Shown here: positions 1 through 7,042 of the stretch, one piece after another
Numbering within the stretch: position 1 is the first letter of the stretch
Layout of the letters: the number at the start of each line of letters is the position of its first letter
Source: a virus
Lineage: Duplodnaviria > Caudoviricetes
Strand: one strand, 5' to 3'
Length of the DNA stretch: 51,658 nucleotides
IMG/VR virus record: IMGVR_UViG_3300017644_000127
Location: 1-51,658 of that record
The notes under the pieces: model-generated
Databases searched by the model: none
The model's input: the letters and a program-made list of their open reading frames with translations, nothing else
What the model was told of the DNA's origin: nothing
Program-made: the position numbers and the translations under genes

Positions 1-268
1 TTATCGCCCCTGCTTCTGCGCTAGATACGGGTTCAGGTTGTTCGTCTTCGCGGGCGGGCTGACGATAAGCCCTAGATCCTTGCCACCGCATTTCGAACAC
101 CGCAGTTTTGGCACCAGATCATCATGCATCGCGCCGTGATCCGGCCCGAGCTTGTCGCGGAGCATCTTCAGATTCCAAATCTGCCCTGTGGAAGCACATG
201 CGGCCATGACAGTAGACGGATATCTTGTATCGTTCGTCTATGAGGCTCTGGATCGTGTGCTTTGCCAT
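1..268 (-). pseudogene. Small Cys/His zinc-finger protein with a 1-nt frameshift (or sequencing error)
   Basis: MAKHTIQSLIDERYKISVYCHGRMCFHRADL (ATG 268) continues in another frame as NLKMLRDKLGPD...CSKCGGK; removing one base at 175-176 joins the two; total length 268 = 3n+1. Confidence 0.65.
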
Positions 269-283
269 GGAGTCGACGATAGC

Positions 284-613
284 ATGGTCAAGAATTTGCG
301 CGAAGGCGACGAAATCACCCTGCGCTTTACCGTGCGGGATGTGTGGGAGGATGGCCGCGTGAGCATCACCCACCCGCTCTACTCGATACCGATCACGATC
401 AGCTCGAACGAGATCCCCGAGGAGGACGTTACCCACAAGGGAGCGAAGAAGGCGCCGAAGCCGGAACAACGGATGCGGCACGATGTTATGGTCGACCAGC
501 ACGCCATCCTGTCCACAGAAGATCGGGACGAGGCGGATCGGATGGTCGAGAACATTGAGGGCGCCCCGGTCGTGGAGACGCCCATGAAGCCGAAGCCGAG
601 GAAAAAGCGATGA
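284..613 (+). CDS. Hypothetical protein
   Basis: ATG 284 within ORF 152..613; ATGA overlap with next gene. Confidence 0.6.
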   Translation: MVKNLREGDEITLRFTVRDVWEDGRVSITHPLYSIPITISSNEIPEEDVTHKGAKKAPKPEQRMRHDVMVDQHAILSTEDRDEADRMVENIEGAPVVETPMKPKPRKKR

Positions 614-816
614 GCAAGCTGCCCAACATGGGCATAGGCCAGCGGGTGGATAAGGTCATCACGAACGAAATGGATTATTTTGAGCACTGCCCGTCGTGTG
701 GGCAGGATTTCGACGCCCGAGACCTCGCGCAGGTGTTCTACCACAGTAAGCCGGGGCATGAGCCTCTGCCCGAGGAAGAGACCATGCGGGTGGTCAGGGG
801 CGAGCTCCGGAACTAG
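610..816 (+). CDS. Small CxxC/His metal-binding hypothetical protein
   Basis: HCPSCGQDFDARDLAQVFYH; translationally coupled upstream of the ligase. Confidence 0.7.
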   Translation: MSKLPNMGIGQRVDKVITNEMDYFEHCPSCGQDFDARDLAQVFYHSKPGHEPLPEEETMRVVRGELRN

Positions 817-825
817 CCGCCGCCA

Positions 826-1707
826 ATGCTGACCAAGAGCCCGCCTCTGGCGTACATCGAGCCGATGATGCCAACGCTCGTCGACAAGCCGCCCGAGGGC
901 GACCGCTGGTTCCACGAGATCAAATACGACGGCTACCGGACGCAGATCATCCTTTCCGGCGACCAGGCGCGCGCCTATACCCGGCGCGGGCACGACTGGA
1001 CGGACAAATACTGGCGCCTGGTTGACGCGGCGCGCGAGCTCTTCGGGCGCGACATCCACATCGACGGCGAAGTCATTGTTCAGGATTCGGCCGGCAAGCC
1101 GGACTTCGGGAATTTGCGCAGCAGCATCATGAGCGGCGGTGATCACCTGATCCTCTACGTCTTCGACCTGCTATCGCTCGAGGGTCAGGACCTGCGCCGG
1201 CGGCGATGCCTGGACCGCCGCTCCTTGCTGGCTGACCTGTTCGAGGGCGTCTCGCCGACCTGCCCTCTCCAGATGAGCGAAAGCTATGAGGGGTCAGGTT
1301 CGGAATTATTCGCCGCCGCTGACCAGATGGGACTCGAGGGTATCGTGTCCAAACTCCGCGACAGCACCTACCAGAGCGGCCGGACCTCGGATTGGCTCAA
1401 GACCAAGACATTCGCCGTAAGCGAGTTCACGATCGTCGGTTATGATCGCACGCCGGGATCGGCCGCAACGCTGCTCGTCGCTGCCGAGATCGCCGGTAAG
1501 CTCCGCTACGCCGGCCGGGTCATGGTCACATTGTCGGGCAAGAAGCGGGAGAAGCTTTGGGAATCACTGGCGGCCAGGGAGATCGAGCGGCCGGCCATTC
1601 CCGAGCTGAAGAAGAAAGGCGCGGTCTGGGTGCGGCCAGGGCTCAAGGCCAAGGTGCGCCACCTCCGTGGCGAGGATATGTTGCGGCACGCGACCATGGT
1701 CGGGTGA
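826..1707 (+). CDS. ATP-dependent DNA ligase (LigD ligase-domain-like, stand-alone)
   Basis: Motif I EIKYDGYR, IDGEV, YVFDLL, EGIVSK, WLKTK and an OB-fold C-terminus. Confidence 0.92.
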   Translation: MLTKSPPLAYIEPMMPTLVDKPPEGDRWFHEIKYDGYRTQIILSGDQARAYTRRGHDWTDKYWRLVDAARELFGRDIHIDGEVIVQDSAGKPDFGNLRSSIMSGGDHLILYVFDLLSLEGQDLRRRRCLDRRSLLADLFEGVSPTCPLQMSESYEGSGSELFAAADQMGLEGIVSKLRDSTYQSGRTSDWLKTKTFAVSEFTIVGYDRTPGSAATLLVAAEIAGKLRYAGRVMVTLSGKKREKLWESLAAREIERPAIPELKKKGAVWVRPGLKAKVRHLRGEDMLRHATMVG

Positions 1708-1834
1708 GCGGAGCGGGTCCGCCATGAGAGCGGGTGTACAGGGCCCGACAACCCGGGGGCGACAACCTTCAAACTACGTGTTAAGAGCCTACATATTAAT
1801 CGACATCAACAGGCGTAGCGAAACGGAGGGCAAG

Positions 1835-2299
1835 ATGTACGACGCACGTCAAATTGCCAATTGGTTCGTCCAGCGCGCCGCGCGCGATGGCCGACACCTG
1901 TCCATTATGGCATTGCTCAAGCTTGCGTATATTGCGCACGGCTGGCACTTGGAAATGCGCAATGCTCCACTCTTTCCGAACAAGATCGAAGCCTGGAAAT
2001 ACGGACCGGTTATCCCGGACGTGTATAACGCGTTTCGTGGGCAAGGCATTGATATCCGCCAGACTTCGTCGCGGTACACGTCTGACGTGACGCCCCTAGA
2101 TGCTGATCTGTTGGAGCAGATTTATGGCAGCTACGGCAAGCTCTCAGCTCAGCGGCTGTCCGATCTGACGCACGAACCAGGCGGGCCGTGGGATATTGCC
2201 ACCAAGCAGTGGGGTTGGTTCGCACCGATCCCGAACGAAATAATATTGCCTCACTACCAGATGAAGCGTCGCCTCTCGAATCAGGCACGGCATGGCTGA
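1835..2299 (+). CDS. Panacea (DUF4065/SocA-like) antitoxin-domain protein
   Basis: IANWF...LLKLAYIAHGW...IEAWKYGPV...LSDLTHEPGGPW signature; GGAGG RBS before ATG 1835. Confidence 0.88.
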   Translation: MYDARQIANWFVQRAARDGRHLSIMALLKLAYIAHGWHLEMRNAPLFPNKIEAWKYGPVIPDVYNAFRGQGIDIRQTSSRYTSDVTPLDADLLEQIYGSYGKLSAQRLSDLTHEPGGPWDIATKQWGWFAPIPNEIILPHYQMKRRLSNQARHG

Positions 2300-2744
2300 C
2301 GCTGAGCCGTCGCCGACCCCTCCAGTAGATCCCCTCGATGCGGCCTCAAGCGCAATGGCGGAGCTTGAGAACCGCATCGCAGTTCTCGAACTGCAACGCG
2401 AGTTGGGCTCACTTAGCGCGGAAGGCCTCGAGCGGCATCTGCTTATTGGTGAAATCAGGCAGCGTATCTGGATCCGCTGGATCACGATCTTTCTCGCCGT
2501 GATAGTCATGGGGTTCATGGCGGCGGTTCTCTGGCACACGGTGCATTCGTACTTCGTCGGACCCTTCGTAGTCATCCCACAGGCGCTTGCGATTGCGATG
2601 TTCCTCGGACCGGTAGTGTCGATAACGACCATCACCGTCATGCTCGCAATCGGAGCGTTTCGAAAACTTCACGACCAAGATATTGGACCGGCGGGAATAG
2701 CTACGCTTGCCGCCGAAGGAGCTAAATCGGTCCTCGGCCACTGA
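2292..2744 (+). CDS. Two-TM membrane protein coupled to Panacea (putative toxin/effector)
   Basis: 8-nt overlap with the Panacea gene; N-terminal coiled coil then two hydrophobic helices. Confidence 0.7.
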   Translation: MADAEPSPTPPVDPLDAASSAMAELENRIAVLELQRELGSLSAEGLERHLLIGEIRQRIWIRWITIFLAVIVMGFMAAVLWHTVHSYFVGPFVVIPQALAIAMFLGPVVSITTITVMLAIGAFRKLHDQDIGPAGIATLAAEGAKSVLGH

Positions 2745-2770
2745 TCGATTGAGGCAAGGCAGCCAAACGC

Positions 2771-2805
2771 AAAAAGCGCCCCGCCAGCCGAAGCCAGCGG
2801 GGCGC
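2771..2805 (-). terminator. Rho-independent terminator ending the late/lysis operon
   Basis: GCGCCCCGC-N12-GCGGGGCGC stem followed by a T5 run on the minus strand, just after the holin. Confidence 0.75.
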
Positions 2806-2835
2806 GCGCGTGAGATGGTTCCTGCGGGACGGGTG

Positions 2836-3099
2836 TTAGGGCGGCGCGAACCCGCCCCTGACCATGAAACTGACGACGGCGACTAGGATCGCGCCGATCA
2901 CGATCCGCATGATCCAGTTGAGCGTGCCGTGCACGCTGGCCACGGCAGATTCGAGTCGGTTGAAGCGCTCGTCCATGCTTTTCCAGCGCTCATCGTGGCG
3001 AGCGCTTTCAATATCCCGCTGCACTCGCCAGTTCTCGAGCGCCACCACGCGGGCCCGGAGATCGCCGTTGCCATCCATGTCGGTTGTCCTATCGGTCAT
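2836..3099 (-). CDS. Holin-like protein (XhlA-like coiled coil + C-terminal TM)
   Basis: Coiled coil then WIMRIVIGAILVAVVSFMV; last gene of the lysis cassette. Confidence 0.65.
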   Translation of the reverse strand: MTDRTTDMDGNGDLRARVVALENWRVQRDIESARHDERWKSMDERFNRLESAVASVHGTLNWIMRIVIGAILVAVVSFMVRGGFAPP

Positions 3100-3124
3100 A
3101 CCCCTTGCCCCTCATGCACTTTCG

Positions 3125-3325
3125 TCATTTCCAGCACCGCTGGGATTTGCCGTATCGATCCGTCGCGACCAGGTAGCGCGCGATCGGCTCTTCCTTCGCC
3201 GCCAGCGACACCGGATCATTCGGCTTCGGCGGACGCGTCCACCCCGCGCAGTTGGTCGCGGCAGTCGTCGAGCACCCCGCCAAGCTCAACGCAGATATCA
3301 ATGAGATCGGCACGATCCACTTCAT
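3125..3325 (-). CDS. o-spanin (Rz1-like lipoprotein)
   Basis: Lipobox LSLAG-C; overlaps the 3' end of the i-spanin in another frame. Confidence 0.75.
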   Translation of the reverse strand: MKWIVPISLISALSLAGCSTTAATNCAGWTRPPKPNDPVSLAAKEEPIARYLVATDRYGKSQRCWK

Positions 3326-3494
3326 GGTTAATGTCCTCGCGCTTCTGGATTGCGTCTAGGGAGGCTTGGAGAGCAGCCACCGCGGCTTCCTGGCGGCCTT
3401 GGTGATTGCCGAGCAGATAGACAGGTCCGGCGGCGACGAGGGCGCCGAGCAGCGCTCCTGCCCCGATCTTGAGCCAGTCGAAGAGGCCGAACAT
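3216..3494 (-). CDS. i-spanin (Rz-like)
   Basis: N-terminal TM (MFGLFDWLKIGAGALLGALVAAG), helical periplasmic part, C-terminal Cys pair; follows the endolysin. Confidence 0.75.
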   Translation of the reverse strand: MFGLFDWLKIGAGALLGALVAAGPVYLLGNHQGRQEAAVAALQASLDAIQKREDINHEVDRADLIDICVELGGVLDDCRDQLRGVDASAEAE

Positions 3495-4459
3495 CAGGCC
3501 AGCTCCTCGCGCATCGCCTTGTAGGACTTCGCGAGCCGCTGACCGATCAAGGAGATGATCACGAGCATCAGCACCACCGCGATCGCCACCGCGGCGACGG
3601 TTTTCCAATCGGCTGCGAGGAATGCCGTGCCAAGGCCACCGACGCCGAACACGCCGGTGACCTTCTGCCAGAGGCTGGTTTCAGTCTTGGCCTTCTGTTC
3701 GACGGCGACGGGCACAACCGGCTTGGGAACGGGCACCGGGATCGGCCTCACCTCCGTAAACGGGTTCTGCCCGGCCAGCGCCTTGTGCAGCGCCATGCGG
3801 GTATTCTGGCCAACGATGCCGTCGGTCGCGCCGGCCTCGGGATGTTCCCGCTGGAACCGCTTGATCTCCGCCTCGGTCGTGCCGTAGCCGAGCAGCACAA
3901 GCGCGGCCCGCCCATAATAGTCGAGCCGATCCTCGAAGCCGTTGAGCCCGCCATTCACGCGGCGGGTGATCATCTCGATGTTGTTGTCGTCGGCGTAGCG
4001 GTTGAGGCTCTTGCCGTCTGGGTTGCCGACCGCCCAATACCAAAGAAACCCGAGCCCCTCCCAAGGATCGGTGTTGATCAGCTCCGGATCCTGCTCGAAG
4101 TCCGGCGCTTCCGGATCGATGTTCTTCCGAGCCCAGGCAGTGAAGGCCCGATAGTTGGCCCTGCCGGTGACCTGCCCTGCCGTGCGCCCGCGATACTTCG
4201 AGCCGTCGCCCTTCCGCACGTTACCGAGATCCTTCCGGCCTTCATAGCGCTTCTGGGCAGGCGTCGGGCCCCACAGCTCGCGATCGTACCGAAACGACCC
4301 GCTCTCATGCAGCAGCTGGGCAAGGTAGTGCGCCAGGCGGTGCGGGTGATCGAGCCCAACACTGCGGCCGTGGGCGTTGAGCGCCACCAGCACGGAATTC
4401 AAATTGGCAGCATTCGGCTTGCCGCGAGCCATCGCCCGCAGCTGGTTGGCGGTGATCAT
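3494..4459 (-). CDS. Endolysin, GH19 chitinase-like, with PG-binding segment and C-terminal TM helices
   Basis: LAQLLHESG, DGSKYRGR..QVTGRANY, ITRRVNGGLNGFEDR; FQR...DGIVGQNT PG-binding motif. Confidence 0.9.
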   Translation of the reverse strand: MITANQLRAMARGKPNAANLNSVLVALNAHGRSVGLDHPHRLAHYLAQLLHESGSFRYDRELWGPTPAQKRYEGRKDLGNVRKGDGSKYRGRTAGQVTGRANYRAFTAWARKNIDPEAPDFEQDPELINTDPWEGLGFLWYWAVGNPDGKSLNRYADDNNIEMITRRVNGGLNGFEDRLDYYGRAALVLLGYGTTEAEIKRFQREHPEAGATDGIVGQNTRMALHKALAGQNPFTEVRPIPVPVPKPVVPVAVEQKAKTETSLWQKVTGVFGVGGLGTAFLAADWKTVAAVAIAVVLMLVIISLIGQRLAKSYKAMREELA

Positions 4460-4545
4460 CACGCATCCTTTCAGGTTGTGGCAATTGCCCCTAGACAACC
4501 GCGCAACTGACGTGCGAGCGTGCCTCGGTCATTCGGGGGGATCAG

Positions 4546-4764
4546 ATGAAATCGCTTTTTATATTGGCTGCTGTCGCTCTCGCGCCTGCGCCATCAGTAC
4601 CGCCGGCGCCGATGTCCGAGCGACCAATTCCGGTTGTTCAGTGCTTCAAGACAGGCGAGCAGGTCAGCGGCATGAATAAGATTTGCTTCTACAGCTGCCT
4701 CGGCTCGCAGGCGGCTATCACTGTAGGGGCGACACAGCTATGCCCGCTGTCGATCGACGGCTAA
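4546..4764 (+). CDS. Small secreted four-Cys protein (moron)
   Basis: Signal peptide, Pro-rich linker, C-x13-C-x3-C-x14-C. Confidence 0.7.
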   Translation: MKSLFILAAVALAPAPSVPPAPMSERPIPVVQCFKTGEQVSGMNKICFYSCLGSQAAITVGATQLCPLSIDG

Positions 4765-4777
4765 GAAGCGACAATCC

Positions 4778-4960
4778 TTAAAAGGTGGGACATGCGAGGG
4801 ACGGAACCGCGAGCCCGCTCCGGACCGCGTCTTCGATACAGCCAGTCACAGTTTCCGCTTCCACTATCTTAGATTGTTGTGCATAGGAGGCAACAACTAC
4901 CAAGGCAACAACTACCAAGGCAACAGTCATCCACAGAAACGCAGTGTTGGTCCGAGACAT
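4778..4960 (-). CDS. Small single-TM protein
   Basis: ATG 4960 preceded by GGAGG; TM segment includes a 15-bp tandem duplication (VALVV VALVV). Confidence 0.5.
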   Translation of the reverse strand: MSRTNTAFLWMTVALVVVALVVVASYAQQSKIVEAETVTGCIEDAVRSGLAVPSLACPTF

Positions 4961-7031
4961 AGCCCACCCTCCAAGTCCCGTCCTGAAATATGACTCAACT
5001 GCAAGTTTGGCAAGTGATCGCCGGATTGCAACCCTCATCATATTCTTGACAGCCGCATTTTTTGCGCTCGCGAACATTCGCTACAGCGGCCCGGTGATCC
5101 GTCCCGACGAGGTCGGGTATCTTGGCTACGCGGCCTTCCTTGCGGGCTACAGCGTGGATGCGGCCAGCAGCTATCACCTCGGGTACTCGATCTTCCTCGC
5201 GCCTCTGTTCCGGATTCTCCCTTCTACTGAGGCAATTTGGACCGGCATCACGGTGGTGAATGGTGCTTTCTTCGGAGGCGCCTTGGCGGTCTGCTATTAC
5301 ATTTCCAAGGAGTTCTTCTCCGACAAAGCCCCCGCCGAGCGAATCCTGGTCATCGGACTGTGCGCTCTTTACCCAGGCTGGGTCTCCATCAGCGGCTACG
5401 CGTTTTATCAGCCGCCTTTTGCGTTCTTCTTCGCCCTCTCGGCATACCTTCTTCTGAAGGGGCGCTACTCGAATGCTTGCCTCATCGGAGCGGTCGCGAG
5501 TAGCTCCTTTCTTTTCTGGATCCACGCCCTTGGAATCGTCTGCTGCGTCGTAACGGTTGCAATCATCGTCCTTCTGCGGCGCGGATTTATTACGACAGTC
5601 TCTGCAGTCGCGCTTTCCGCATTCGTTATCTGGATCTATCAGTTTGGGCTGGCGCCGGCGGTGGACGCAGCTATGACACCTGCAGGCGTTAAGCCCCTTA
5701 AGCACTATCCTTCCGTCGCGAGCGCCCTCGCCATTCTCTCTCCGTCGGGCGTCCTGGAGTTTGCAACACGCATGTTGGGGCAAGCCTCATACCTTCTGAT
5801 CGCAACTCTGGGGTTTGCAGTTCGGCCGCTTGTGATCGCCCTCTCTGCTGTCCCCTCTCTCCTTAGTGGGCAGATCAAGGAAAGAGACCCGATCAAATTG
5901 GCGAGCATCTTTGCGATCGGCAGCATCGTCGGCATGACCGTCTTCAGTGCCGCAATGTTCACCGTGGTGCAGGATGCCTCTCGGCAAGATCACTGGATGT
6001 ACGGGCGGTACAACGAGGGAGCGATCTTGCCCGTCTTGCTCATTGGCCTTTCGATTCCTCCAAAGAGGTCCCTTGCTGTCATTCCGTTGCTGATACCGAT
6101 CATGTTTGCAGTGCTAGTCAGCGCGCTCGCGCCTGACGCTGCTCGGCTCGCACCGATCAATTCGGCGGCATTCTGGCCGGCCGTAGCATTCCCCAACCTG
6201 TCTTTTTCCAGTCAGGTGACAATCGGAGCGGTGGCCTCAGGAGCGGTTGTCGCTCTCGCCTCGTGGAGCATCGGCGCCGTCGTACTCGCCGTCGCATTTC
6301 TCATATGCCTCCCGCGCCAGGTTGAATGGCACGATATGGCATCTCGCATCCAGTCTAAACCTCAGCTTGTGCAGTTGGTGCGCGATGTCGTCAGTCCGGG
6401 GAGTTGCGTCGCCCTCGATCCGCGGTCCGGCTTTTCGCGTTTGCGATTTTTGGACTTCTATCTTTTTGAATATCGGTTGCAGCGAGTGCATCCGTCGGAG
6501 TGGCGGCAGAAATGTGACGGGCCTTACCTTTCGGTCTCGGGAGATCCACGCGATGCTGATTGGGTGGGCTTCACAGACTGGAACGCCAAGGTCTTTGGTC
6601 GAGGCCGCGCCCCGACCGATGAATATTCCGAAATTGCCTTTGCTGATGCACGCCTTTGCGCCAGCGGCTGGTGCTACGCGCGAGATGCGGAGCTGCTGTT
6701 CCGGAGAAGCCAGAATGGCCAGCTCAAAAATGGTGTCCTTGCCTCAACCCGGTCAGCAGGATACCTGTTTTTTGGGCCATATATAAAAGTCGAAAAAGGT
6801 CACTATCGCCTGGAATTGACCGGTTCGGGCGGGGCCCCCTCCTCTCGATTGGAGATAGCTGCCGATGGAGGGAAGGACCTCATAGCGCAGTTCCCACTAA
6901 GCACTCTGGCTGACGAGAGAGCAGAGTTCTCCTTTGAGCTCCCCCGTGACGCTCTGGACCTTGAAGTCAGGTTATACACGCCTGCTGGGGCGGACATCGC
7001 AGTTTCTGGGTATGTTCTGACCAAAGATTGA
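4944..7031 (+). CDS. Polytopic GT-C-type membrane glycosyltransferase with periplasmic C-terminal domain (surface/LPS modification); start uncertain
   Basis: PDE acidic motif after TM1, more than 10 TM helices, YGRY motif, C-terminal FGPY beta-sandwich. Confidence 0.7.
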   Translation: MLVRDIAHPPSPVLKYDSTASLASDRRIATLIIFLTAAFFALANIRYSGPVIRPDEVGYLGYAAFLAGYSVDAASSYHLGYSIFLAPLFRILPSTEAIWTGITVVNGAFFGGALAVCYYISKEFFSDKAPAERILVIGLCALYPGWVSISGYAFYQPPFAFFFALSAYLLLKGRYSNACLIGAVASSSFLFWIHALGIVCCVVTVAIIVLLRRGFITTVSAVALSAFVIWIYQFGLAPAVDAAMTPAGVKPLKHYPSVASALAILSPSGVLEFATRMLGQASYLLIATLGFAVRPLVIALSAVPSLLSGQIKERDPIKLASIFAIGSIVGMTVFSAAMFTVVQDASRQDHWMYGRYNEGAILPVLLIGLSIPPKRSLAVIPLLIPIMFAVLVSALAPDAARLAPINSAAFWPAVAFPNLSFSSQVTIGAVASGAVVALASWSIGAVVLAVAFLICLPRQVEWHDMASRIQSKPQLVQLVRDVVSPGSCVALDPRSGFSRLRFLDFYLFEYRLQRVHPSEWRQKCDGPYLSVSGDPRDADWVGFTDWNAKVFGRGRAPTDEYSEIAFADARLCASGWCYARDAELLFRRSQNGQLKNGVLASTRSAGYLFFGPYIKVEKGHYRLELTGSGGAPSSRLEIAADGGKDLIAQFPLSTLADERAEFSFELPRDALDLEVRLYTPAGADIAVSGYVLTKD

Positions 7032-7042
7032 CGATCGAAAGG

